Numbered from the stretch's first letter, positions 16,572-24,873 are shown. The stretch: 32,000 nucleotides of DNA from an uncultured archaeon (GCA_963704435.1 OY969902.1:270001-302000); one strand, 5' to 3'. Translations and numbers: made by a program. Notes: generated from the sequence alone by a model not told the origin.

Positions 16572-17180
16572 CTAAACCACTTTCACATCCAAGCAGTATC
16601 CCATCATATACGCCATGAGCAGGCCCCCCGGTTCGCTCTCGAAAGACAGCAACCGCGCGATCAGCGCGCGCTTGTCTGCAGCAAAAATCTCGATTTTTCC
16701 CCTTCCCTGCTTCCTGAGGTATGCGCCAAGCGCGTCCAGCCTTTCAGCATCGATTAATCCAAGCTCTGCGAATGCCCTTTCCTCCATTGGCTTTACGCGG
16801 GCACAGCCATTCCAAGAGCCGTTCGTAAGGAGTAGGTCATATGCGATTCTCCTGAACACCGCTCCATGCATGTCCTGTGCCTTCCCAACGTAGCCTCGCC
16901 ATAGCTCAAGCCCGCTTCCTCCAAGGGCACATGCTGCGCGAATACTGCCGAGCTCTCCTGCGCCGTAGTTCTCAGCGCAGCTGATTGGTAGGTTATACGC
17001 TAGTTGGCGGGCATCCGAGATATCTCCATGCGCGACGCTGTCTGCGCAGCCAATTTCTTCAGCGCACCGTATCTTTACCTTGGCTTCCGGAAGCCTCACC
17101 TCTTTCATCATCAGCATGAGAAGTACGCCGAGGGGTATAGGCAGTATCTGAAGAGCTATCTGCGAGAAAGCGCTGATCAT
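16572..17180 (-). CDS. Uncharacterised Cys-containing protein with N-terminal hydrophobic segment
   Basis: 202 aa, MISAFSQIALQILPIPLGVLLMLMMKEVRLP...; 4-nt overlap with upstream gene. Confidence 0.7.
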   Translation of the reverse strand: MISAFSQIALQILPIPLGVLLMLMMKEVRLPEAKVKIRCAEEIGCADSVAHGDISDARQLAYNLPISCAENYGAGELGSIRAACALGGSGLELWRGYVGKAQDMHGAVFRRIAYDLLLTNGSWNGCARVKPMEERAFAELGLIDAERLDALGAYLRKQGRGKIEIFAADKRALIARLLSFESEPGGLLMAYMMGYCLDVKVV

Positions 17181-17854
17181 AGCCTCACCAAGCTGAATCT
17201 ATCGGCACTCAGGCGTATGGCCTTGTATCCGCTTTCGTTGATGTCGCGCAGCGCGCTCTCTATATCATCGCGTTCCACATTCACAATCTTGGATATCGCT
17301 TCTATGCTCTGGTTGTTTGCGCTCTCAAGGATTATCAGCCTGTGGAGCAGTCTCCTGTTCTTATTGAGCACGGCATTATGCATTTCATTCAGTCTCCGGT
17401 TCTCTTTCGTGAGCCCGATGATTCTCTTCGAGAGTATTATGTCCGAATTATCGGGCCGAATCGGCGCATCTTCCTTGAATGCGCATCCCACCCTCTGCCA
17501 TGAAAGCGCGATGGCCAGGTAGGGGTACAGTCCCGCGAGCGAGATATCATAGTCCTTGCTTATGACCTGCATGACGCTGAGGAATCTCATGATTGCCTCG
17601 TCCAGGAAATAAAGCGGCGTAGTTTTGGAATATATGGAGATTGACGCGCGGGTTTTGTCTAGCTCTATGGAATAGAAGCGACTGCCCTGCTCCCCCTCTT
17701 CCAGCACATAGCCCAGCGTAGCACCATGCCTGACCTGCTTCAGGTTAGGGTAAACGCTTAGCTTTCGCTGCATTGCGTTCATGCAGGTAAGCAGCCTAGC
17801 CCCCACCTCGAGCTTGCTTATCAAGTAATTATCGCTCTTCCTTTCCCACTTCAT
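17177..17854 (-). CDS. Uncharacterised cytosolic protein with coiled-coil/wHTH-like C-terminus
   Basis: 225 aa; IIGLTKENRRLNEMHNAVLNKNRRLLHRLIILESANNQSIEAISKIVNVERDDIESALRDINESGYKAIRL; overlaps the ATPase gene by 26 nt. Confidence 0.7.
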   Translation of the reverse strand: MKWERKSDNYLISKLEVGARLLTCMNAMQRKLSVYPNLKQVRHGATLGYVLEEGEQGSRFYSIELDKTRASISIYSKTTPLYFLDEAIMRFLSVMQVISKDYDISLAGLYPYLAIALSWQRVGCAFKEDAPIRPDNSDIILSKRIIGLTKENRRLNEMHNAVLNKNRRLLHRLIILESANNQSIEAISKIVNVERDDIESALRDINESGYKAIRLSADRFSLVRL

Positions 17855-18884
17855 TGATCTCTCCTACGCTTGAAACCGCAAAGGCAAATGCGTCTGCAAT
17901 ATCTTCGTCCTTTATGCCCAATCCCCTAGCCGAGACAAGGATCCGCCTTCGGTCCACTCCGCTTTCTATCAATTCCCTAATGAGCTCTGAAAGCTCCACG
18001 TATCCTGACTCTTCCGCTCTGCGCGATATCCTTGATGCGTGCGCGGAGTCGCAGATTTTACCCATCTCCGATTCAAACTTTTTTCTAGATACCTCCATAT
18101 CCATCAAATCACCTGCTCGTATCCTCAGGAACCTTTCAGGCACTATGCCAACCACCTTTTCTATGAAGAAAAGGCTGCGCCTGTTTGACGCATTTGTCTG
18201 AACGATTGCGCAGCTTCCGACATTCTGGTTCTGTATCCTCTCAATCTCCTTTCCAGTAATACCGTAGTTCCTGGCGAGGCCTTCAAGGCTCTGCATGTTC
18301 TGCAGCCTGAACGCGAACAGCGTAGCCGCATTGGACAGCATCGACATGTCCACATCTTCGATTAACTGCGATGAGAAGATCAGTCCGTGTCCGTATTTTC
18401 TACCCTCTCTGAGTACGGCCTCCAGAGGCCTACTGCTCCCAAGCAGTTTCCATGCTTCATCTAGCACTATGAACACTCTCCTGCCTCCGGCCTTGCTGAA
18501 ATCACGCATCTCCTCCGATATCCTTCCAAGAATCTTGTCTGCCGCGTCGACCTTGTCTCTCTCACGTTTCATTCCGCCCAGATCAAAATGGATGATGCCT
18601 TTCGAGCGGTCTCCAATCTCTTTTGGGAAGTCTTCCGGAGCAGCGCTTCGCAGCCCGACAAGTTCAACGAAACCCCTATACTCCCCCGTAAAGTCTATGA
18701 CAACCACCAGCGAGTCCATCATTACAGAGAGCCGGAGCATGAGGCTCTTCATCAGGTAGGTCTTTCCGCTCCCAGTCACCCCGCATATGAATATGTGTGG
18801 GTTCATCAGCTGCTCAAAATTCAGGAAGCAAGGGAGAAAGTGCGCGTTCCCTACGAATACCCCTGCCTTGGAGTTCTTGAGCAC
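17829..18884 (-). CDS. VirB4/HerA-like ATPase domain protein (may begin at CTG 18971 or be joined by frameshift to the upstream ORF)
   Basis: NPHIFICGVTGSGKTYLMKSLMLRLS, SLVVVIDFTGEY, RRVFIVLDEAWKLL, HGLIFSSQLIEDVDMSMLSNAATLFAFRLQNMQSLEGLARNYGI. Confidence 0.85.
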   Translation of the reverse strand: MLKNSKAGVFVGNAHFLPCFLNFEQLMNPHIFICGVTGSGKTYLMKSLMLRLSVMMDSLVVVIDFTGEYRGFVELVGLRSAAPEDFPKEIGDRSKGIIHFDLGGMKRERDKVDAADKILGRISEEMRDFSKAGGRRVFIVLDEAWKLLGSSRPLEAVLREGRKYGHGLIFSSQLIEDVDMSMLSNAATLFAFRLQNMQSLEGLARNYGITGKEIERIQNQNVGSCAIVQTNASNRRSLFFIEKVVGIVPERFLRIRAGDLMDMEVSRKKFESEMGKICDSAHASRISRRAEESGYVELSELIRELIESGVDRRRILVSARGLGIKDEDIADAFAFAVSSVGEINEVGKEER

Positions 18885-18967
18885 CTCGCCAAGGCTCTGC
18901 GCGTACGTCTTCGGGAACCTGACTAGTTGCGCGATTCCGCGCGGGCTGGATATGTATGACTGCCGGT

Positions 18968-19702
18968 TCAGACGACCACCCGCTGCAGAGAGGCCTCTTC
19001 AAGCAGCGCCTCACCCCTTAGGGTCTCGCATTCGAACCCAAGCACCGATGCGAACGCGCTCGCGATCCTTCCGATGTTTTTCTCGGATTCCAAGGAGGCC
19101 TCAATCTCGCTTTTGCTTAGGCCAAACGTCTTCAATTTGGCCTCTATCGATAGCGGTTTCTGCTCTCTGAGGTTTCTCAGCTCCCCCTCGATCACACTCA
19201 GCTCCCTCTTGAGCGCGTTCATCCTGTCGTACTTCTGCGGATCTGACCGGGATATCTCAATCTCTTTCATCCTCCTTTTCGTCTCAAGCCCATCAATTAC
19301 TCTAATCCTGTCCACGCTCTTGATCCCTAGGCTAAACTCGAAAGGGAAGTCTACGTTGGAGATGAGCGTTTCCATGAGTTCGCCGTTCATACCAGTATCG
19401 CCAGCAGGTTTCATCAGCGCAATAGAGACCGCCAGGTGCCTGCTCCCCATATCTTTTGTTGCTGAGTACAGGCTTCTGCTCAACTTGAAGCCGCAATATG
19501 GCCCAACGGGTCCGGCGCGCTTCAGCACCAGGTCATTTATCAGGTGGCCTGAGCTGAAGAAGAGCGCGGCAAGAAGGAGGCTTGCGATTGCAAAGGCAAG
19601 GATATAAACGTTCAGGGTCAGCATGCTGGCAAGGAACATGGCTATTGCTGCCGAATAGAAGGCATACGAATATATCCTATAGAACTCCCTTTCTCGCATC
19701 AC
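18968..19702 (-). CDS. Two-TM protein with VirB3-VirB4 N-terminal-like cytosolic domain
   Basis: 244 aa; two N-terminal TM segments, then FPFEFSLGIKSVDRIRVIDGLETKRRMKEIEISR... ending directly before the ATPase module. Confidence 0.55.
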   Translation of the reverse strand: MMREREFYRIYSYAFYSAAIAMFLASMLTLNVYILAFAIASLLLAALFFSSGHLINDLVLKRAGPVGPYCGFKLSRSLYSATKDMGSRHLAVSIALMKPAGDTGMNGELMETLISNVDFPFEFSLGIKSVDRIRVIDGLETKRRMKEIEISRSDPQKYDRMNALKRELSVIEGELRNLREQKPLSIEAKLKTFGLSKSEIEASLESEKNIGRIASAFASVLGFECETLRGEALLEEASLQRVVV

Positions 19703-19703
19703 A

Positions 19704-20693
19704 TCACAGAAGGTTCAATCTCTTGAGGGGCACTTCAGATCCAAGAAGTCTTGATAGCTCGCTCACCGATATTCCGGTAATCGCAAGGCTGAACGCAGGC
19801 ATCACGAAGGCGTATACTATGAAATGTCCCACCTCAGTGAAAATGCCGTTGAGCAGGCTCGCTATCCAGGATCCGATTCCGCCTATCCATGACAACAGGC
19901 TCACGTTGTCCAGGCCCTTGTCTGCGATGGACGTCGCGCTGTTAGTTATACCTTCAGAAGTAAGGGTCACCGCGCTTGATCCAGTCTCATTCGTCGCCAA
20001 CGTGTATGAGTTTGATATTGTAGCATTCATCACATAGGTCAGGGGGAACACTACATATAGGCATATTGCCAAAGCGATCAGGAATCCGCCAGTCTTCCTT
20101 GTAGGATAGAAAGACCTCAGGATCAGGCCGAGCGGAAGGATTAGGGTGAGGGCGCTTACTGCTATGAACGCAAGGACCGAGGCTTGCACAGTGACGCTTA
20201 CTGCGGCAGCACCGAGCGCCTGGACCGCGCTCTGTATTTGGCTCAGTATGGGGCTCAGAAAGACCTTGAACAGCCCCAACGCCGCGTAGAGCGGCAGCAG
20301 GACCATTATCAGGCCCATGATGTTCGTCAATATCGAATTGTAGGGGGTTCCAAGGAAATAGTACTGGCTTGAACCCACAAGATAGTTGTAGGCAAAGCAT
20401 ATTGCGGAGTTGTACGACATGAAATTGCTGCAGCTCGCCTGTGTCCCATTCCCCATCACAATGGAGTTCATGAGTGAATCCATCACCCCGTTGTTCACGA
20501 ACAGGAGCAAAAGCCCTCCGACCAATGCACCGTTTATCACCGATTGGATTATCTCGTCCCTCCCGAACTCCTTGAGCTTCTTGACGTTTGCCGCATATCC
20601 CGTTCCGAGCGCGATGCCCCCTATCGCGAGCATAATGCTCACGAGCGCTATGGCTATGTTCAGGCCGTACGTGCCGAACGGCGTGGTCTGCAT
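19704..20693 (-). CDS. Polytopic membrane protein, VirB6/TrbL/CedA-like
   Basis: 329 aa with about 7-8 hydrophobic stretches, Gly/Ser-rich periplasmic loops; gene order between the mini-pilin and VirB4-type ATPase. Confidence 0.6.
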   Translation of the reverse strand: MQTTPFGTYGLNIAIALVSIMLAIGGIALGTGYAANVKKLKEFGRDEIIQSVINGALVGGLLLLFVNNGVMDSLMNSIVMGNGTQASCSNFMSYNSAICFAYNYLVGSSQYYFLGTPYNSILTNIMGLIMVLLPLYAALGLFKVFLSPILSQIQSAVQALGAAAVSVTVQASVLAFIAVSALTLILPLGLILRSFYPTRKTGGFLIALAICLYVVFPLTYVMNATISNSYTLATNETGSSAVTLTSEGITNSATSIADKGLDNVSLLSWIGGIGSWIASLLNGIFTEVGHFIVYAFVMPAFSLAITGISVSELSRLLGSEVPLKRLNLL

Positions 20694-20697
20694 TGGC

Positions 20698-21078
20698 CTA
20701 CACCATCGAATTCACGGTGATATTCGTCAGGAGGTGCGTTGATGCTATTGCAAGCCCGTTTGACGCAACGGATAGCACTGCAACGATGACCGCCCCCATT
20801 ATGACATCTATTGTCGTGGCATGGAACATCGCCCTCTTGCTTGGAGGGAGCAGCTGCCCGACCGCATAAAAGATTCCTGCGACGATGAACAGGACGGCGC
20901 TCAGCATCGGGCCGATGTGCGAAAGCAGGTCTTGGATGTAATTGAGCGTAGATATGATGTCCAGCGAAAATCCGGACGCGTACGTTTTTCCCGTCATCAG
21001 AAGCAGCGCCAGCAAGGCGAACTTGACGTATTTCTTGAGAATGACTGTCGGACGCAAATATGCCTCTTTTATATTCAT
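20698..21078 (-). CDS. VirB2/CedA1-like mini-pilin candidate
   Basis: 126 aa: signal-peptide-like N-terminus ending GKTYASG, then TM (IGPMLSAVLFIVAGIFYAVGQLL) - short basic loop (PPSKRAM) - TM (IDVIMGAVIVAVLSVASNGLAIA), the VirB2 architecture. Confidence 0.6.
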   Translation of the reverse strand: MNIKEAYLRPTVILKKYVKFALLALLLMTGKTYASGFSLDIISTLNYIQDLLSHIGPMLSAVLFIVAGIFYAVGQLLPPSKRAMFHATTIDVIMGAVIVAVLSVASNGLAIASTHLLTNITVNSMV

Positions 21079-21094
21079 ATTCCCACCATTATAC

Positions 21095-21117
21095 CTAAGT
21101 AAATTATATTTACTTAG
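21095..21117. promoter_or_regulatory. Palindrome CTAAGTAAA-TTATA-TTTACTTAG upstream of transfer-like operon
   Basis: Perfect 9-bp inverted repeat, 5-nt centre, 17 bp upstream of the first operon gene. Confidence 0.75.
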
Positions 21118-21210
21118 ATAAATATATAAGCATTTGGATTCATATAGATATAAGCTCCTGTGAAGGTGATTGGTTTAAAGGCTAACCGGATTCACAAGAT
21201 TTAAATATAA

Positions 21211-21225
21211 GTAAGACTATCTTAC
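21211..21225. promoter_or_regulatory. Palindrome GTAAGA-CTA-TCTTAC upstream of AbrB-like gene
   Basis: Perfect 6-bp inverted repeat; 4 nt before ATG at 21230. Confidence 0.65.
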
Positions 21226-21229
21226 TATT

Positions 21230-21502
21230 ATGGAAACGACCATAGAGATGACCAAAACGAGCTCAAAAGGCCAGATAGTATTGCCGAAGGATATTAGAAC
21301 AAGATTGCATATCAAAAAGGGCACCGTATTTAGCTTGCAGGCAAAAGGCAAGGTGATTTTATTGAGGAAGATAGACAATCTAGCTCTTAAGGAGGATTTA
21401 GAAACATTGAAGCGCGTGAAAGCGGCGTGGGATGCCATAGAGCATGGGAGGTTCCACAAAGCGAGCAAAGAAGCATTTCTCAAGGAGCTGGACACATGGT
21501 AG
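21230..21502 (+). CDS. AbrB/MazE-like antitoxin
   Basis: MTKTSSKGQIVLPKDIRTRLHIKKGTVFSLQAKGKVILLRK swapped-hairpin AbrB motif. Confidence 0.92.
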   Translation: METTIEMTKTSSKGQIVLPKDIRTRLHIKKGTVFSLQAKGKVILLRKIDNLALKEDLETLKRVKAAWDAIEHGRFHKASKEAFLKELDTW

Positions 21503-21744
21503 AAGTTATCTGGACTGATGACTTTAGAGAGGAAGTCCAGAAAATCAGAGATGGATTGCTCAAAGAAAGAGTAAAGAAACAAATAGCGAAAATCGTTGAC
21601 GATCCAGACCGAGGCAAACCTCTGAGATTTGATATGAAAAGTGAACGTACGATCTATGTCAAACCTTTCAGATTAATTTATTCAGTAACTGGAAATAAGA
21701 TATACTTACTTCGATTTGAGCACAGAAAAGGAGTCTATGATTGA
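21496..21744 (+). CDS. RelE/ParE-family toxin
   Basis: MVEVIWTDDFREEVQKIRDGLLKERVKKQIAKIVDDPDRGKPLRFDMKSERTIYVKPFRLIYSVTGNKIYLLRFEHRKGVYD; overlaps antitoxin stop. Confidence 0.92.
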   Translation: MVEVIWTDDFREEVQKIRDGLLKERVKKQIAKIVDDPDRGKPLRFDMKSERTIYVKPFRLIYSVTGNKIYLLRFEHRKGVYD

Positions 21745-21827
21745 TATTCTCTTACGGCAGTTTCTTATTCTTATTTAATTCCTTAGCAGTAGGCATAAAT
21801 ATGCCCGACGCGACGCTATTTCGTTGT

Positions 21828-21915
21828 ATGCGGAAGGTCGAGGTCGAGATCAGAAGCCCGATATCGCCTGCGGAATACGCCAGGCTCATGTGTTCTTCAA
21901 GAGGAAGGGTTGGTG
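21828..21915 (+). pseudogene. Decayed 5' fragment of a CYTH-domain gene
   Basis: KVEVEIRSPISPAEYARLM matches KVEVEIRSLISPAEYARLM of the intact gene at 23505; a single-base deletion then shifts the frame (ctcatgtgttcttcaagag vs ctcatggggttcttcaagag). Confidence 0.85.
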
Positions 21916-21927
21916 ATGCTTGTGCGG

Positions 21928-22704
21928 TCACAGAAGCCCGTCCCTTTTTACAGCGCTTATGACTGTTCCGCTCACGTATTCATACCCCTCCAAAGTATGC
22001 TGCACGAACGGCTGGAGGGTCGTCCACGTGGCCTGAACTTTATCTATGCATTCTCCGAGCCATTTTCCCGAAAAATCGATTTTCGACTCCTTAAGCTTTC
22101 TTAAGACCAGTCCCTTACTTATGGACGTCCCCTTTCCGATCAGGTAATAGATGTCATACAGGTCGCGTTCCTTGTGCTTCCTGCCTGCGCTCATCAGCGC
22201 CCTGAATTTTTCGGAGAGTATCTCTTGCTTGTCCATCACGAGCGCGACGTAGTTCCTCGCATCAGCATACACGGGAGTTCTCGGCATCGGGACGGCCTTT
22301 TCGATAAGGACCGCCGTGGTATTTATCTCAAAAATTATCCTCTGCAGGGTGCTTCGCTTCCCGTTGTACCTCGGGCCTTCGATATCTATGGCTGCCTCGA
22401 TCGTGCCGAACGTGTTTACGGCCGGCTCGTCCACGTATCTTGCCGTATACTGAATAGACTTCAGTGCGGAATCAATCAGCTTCCTGGCTCCAGCCGCGTC
22501 TATCCTTCGGGATGTGAAATCCAGGTCCTCCGAGAACCTGTCGGAATTGTAGAATTTCGATATCGCGGTGCCGCCCTTGAAGACGAATTCATCTGTGGTG
22601 TTCGAGTATACCGAGGACAGGAGAAGGTCCTGAAGGTAATCCTTCTCCATCTGGTACTTGTCCTTGTACGTTGTGTACCCCTCGAGCTCCTCTTTTGTCA
22701 TCAT
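21928..22704 (-). CDS. AbiEii-like nucleotidyltransferase toxin
   Basis: FVFKGGTAISKFYNSDRFSEDLDFTSRR nucleotidyltransferase motif; KHKERDLYDIYYLI. Confidence 0.93.
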   Translation of the reverse strand: MMTKEELEGYTTYKDKYQMEKDYLQDLLLSSVYSNTTDEFVFKGGTAISKFYNSDRFSEDLDFTSRRIDAAGARKLIDSALKSIQYTARYVDEPAVNTFGTIEAAIDIEGPRYNGKRSTLQRIIFEINTTAVLIEKAVPMPRTPVYADARNYVALVMDKQEILSEKFRALMSAGRKHKERDLYDIYYLIGKGTSISKGLVLRKLKESKIDFSGKWLGECIDKVQATWTTLQPFVQHTLEGYEYVSGTVISAVKRDGLL

Positions 22705-23276
22705 GCGACCACCAGTCCATTTAACACCCGCTCGATGCGCCTCCTGATCGTGCCCACGCCAGCCATCGCAAGGTATCTCGATAGCGTGCTGAGGTCAACC
22801 TTGTTTTTCTCTAGCATCTCATCGGCATATTCGTAGAAGATATTGAAGTATATCATGTCTATTATGGCTTTCTCAGGGTCCGCGACGAATGCGCCGTCCA
22901 CCTTCCTGTAGCCGAACATCATCCCTTTCTTGACATTCCTGAACTCCACCCTGTATCCGTTTATGTCCGCGATGGGCGCATGCCTCTTTGTTGTAACGAT
23001 GTAGATTGTGTTCGGGATCTGCTCGGTGAGGTTATGGAACCTGAGCGATGATATGAGGCTCACGTAGGACGGGTAGATTATGTTCGACGCTATCTCGTAC
23101 TCGGTCGCATCCCTCGTATAGTAGAGCCCCCTCTCAGCCAGCTTCAGAGCCTTGTCCCTGAACAGAAAGAGCGAAGCGTATGCCTTTGACTTCCCGATTA
23201 TTCTCGCAGTGTCAGCTATCGTAACTAGGTGGATGCCGTTACTGGAAAGATATTCGTTGAATTCTGACGTTTTCAT
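22701..23276 (-). CDS. AbiEi-like antitoxin
   Basis: wHTH N-terminus, GLYYTRDATEYEIASNIIYPSYVSLISSLRFHNLTEQIPNTIYIVTTKRHAPI...VADPEKAIIDMIYF; 4-nt overlap with toxin. Confidence 0.93.
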   Translation of the reverse strand: MKTSEFNEYLSSNGIHLVTIADTARIIGKSKAYASLFLFRDKALKLAERGLYYTRDATEYEIASNIIYPSYVSLISSLRFHNLTEQIPNTIYIVTTKRHAPIADINGYRVEFRNVKKGMMFGYRKVDGAFVADPEKAIIDMIYFNIFYEYADEMLEKNKVDLSTLSRYLAMAGVGTIRRRIERVLNGLVVA

Positions 23277-23504
23277 CAGACGTATTGTGAAGGTTCAGAT
23301 ATTTAAATCTTATGTCTATTTTATTATCAAATATGATAATGAATAATACATATAAATACTAAATTGGCAACTGTGGCAATGCCTGATCAAAAGCGCGCCT
23401 AGATGACGCGATGACGGCTATGTCGAATTGGGAGCGCGACTCCCCGCTAGATAAGTCATTATGCAAAAATCTTTATTCTTGTATTTCCGATACGCTTCGT
23501 TACC

Positions 23505-24038
23505 ATGCCAAAAGTTGAAGTCGAGATTCGGAGCCTGATATCGCCTGCGGAATACGCTAGGCTCATGGGGTTCTTCAAGAGTGAGGGCCGGCTCGTCAGC
23601 AGGGAAAACCAGGTCACGCACTACCTGGACGACGCGGGCAGCCTGAGGATCCAGAGGAACGACTCCTTCGCGAAGCTCTGGCTTAAGAAGGGAAGGCTCC
23701 ATGATGCGGTTCATGAGGAACTCGAGGTGAGGTTCGGAAGGGGCGACTTCCCCCGGCTCGAGGAGATGCTCTCGGAAATGGGCTTCCCGGCAAGGACGAA
23801 GTGGTTCCGGCTTAGGCACACGTTCAGGTGGAAGGGCATAAGCGTCATGCTCGACAGGTCGAGGGGATACGGGAACATAATCGAGCTGGAGAAAATCTGC
23901 AGCAAGAAGGAGAAAGACGCGGCATTGCGGTTATTGGAAACCAGGCTCTCGCAGCTGGACATAGCCCGCACCCCTGAGAAGGAGTTCGACAGGAAATACG
24001 CCTGCTACAGGAGGAACTGGAGGAGGCTTACGCGCTAG
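23505..24038 (+). CDS. CYTH domain protein (class IV adenylate cyclase/thiamine triphosphatase-like)
   Basis: N-terminal EVEIRS, later acidic/basic beta-tunnel pattern LRIQRNDSFAKLWLKKG...EELEVRF...LDRSRGYGNIIELEKI. Confidence 0.8.
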   Translation: MPKVEVEIRSLISPAEYARLMGFFKSEGRLVSRENQVTHYLDDAGSLRIQRNDSFAKLWLKKGRLHDAVHEELEVRFGRGDFPRLEEMLSEMGFPARTKWFRLRHTFRWKGISVMLDRSRGYGNIIELEKICSKKEKDAALRLLETRLSQLDIARTPEKEFDRKYACYRRNWRRLTR

Positions 24039-24049
24039 GCCTCCGCACC

Positions 24050-24673
24050 TCAGATCAGCTTCTTGTAGGTCAGGTATCTCTTCTCGGCGTTTCCCCAGTT
24101 TATGTTGTCCACGAATGCATTCAGGTACGCCGCCCTGTCTGGGCCGAACTTGTGGTAGTAGGCGTGCTCATACACGTCGACGACCAGCAGCGGAAGCGCG
24201 CCCGTTAGCCCTCCGACGTTGTGCAGGTCGAACAGCACATTCCTTAACTTCCAGTCAGTAGCGGCGTCGAGCTTGAGCACCGCCCATCCTCTGCTTACCT
24301 TCCCGCAGGCAACGAAGTCGGCCTTCCAGGCGTCGAACGAGCCGAAGTCCTCGATGACCTTCCTGGCAAGCTCGCCGTTCGCGTCGGCCTTTCCGTCGCC
24401 TCCCATAGAATCCCAATAGAGTTCGTGGAGTATCCCGCCGTTCGCGTTCCAAGTCTCCTCGAGCTTCAAGGCCCGGTACGCGCTGTAATTCGCGTTCGCC
24501 TTCGTGAGGTCAGCGGCCTTCAGCCCGGCCTCGACCTCGTTCCTCTTGCTGACGTACCCGGCGTAGTGCGTGTCGTGGTGCCACTTGTACGTCTCCTCGT
24601 CCATCACGTCCTTTACCTTGTCATAAGCGAAAGGCATCGGTTTCACGGCATGATTCGCATCAGCGTTTCCCAC
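24050..24673 (-). CDS. sod: Fe/Mn superoxide dismutase
   Basis: MPFAYDKVKDVMDEETYKWHHDTHYAGYVSKRN, GKVSRGWAVLKLD, LLVVDVYEHAYYHKFGPDRAAYLNAFVDNINW. Confidence 0.95.
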   Translation of the reverse strand: MGNADANHAVKPMPFAYDKVKDVMDEETYKWHHDTHYAGYVSKRNEVEAGLKAADLTKANANYSAYRALKLEETWNANGGILHELYWDSMGGDGKADANGELARKVIEDFGSFDAWKADFVACGKVSRGWAVLKLDAATDWKLRNVLFDLHNVGGLTGALPLLVVDVYEHAYYHKFGPDRAAYLNAFVDNINWGNAEKRYLTYKKLI

Positions 24674-24873
24674 ATTCTCACCTGCGAAACTTTCGCAGCC
24701 GCTTTATTTATTGTTTTGCTTTTGGATGCTGTCACTGTAGTTTTTGCATTTCTTCTGCAGGATTCGCGGGATAGCTTTCGGGACACTTTCACCAGAAAGA
24801 AATTTAAACCGCTAGTGCCATTACCTTTGGTACATTTGTCTAATGTTTTAGCAGGAATAGGTAAGGTGTTTGC

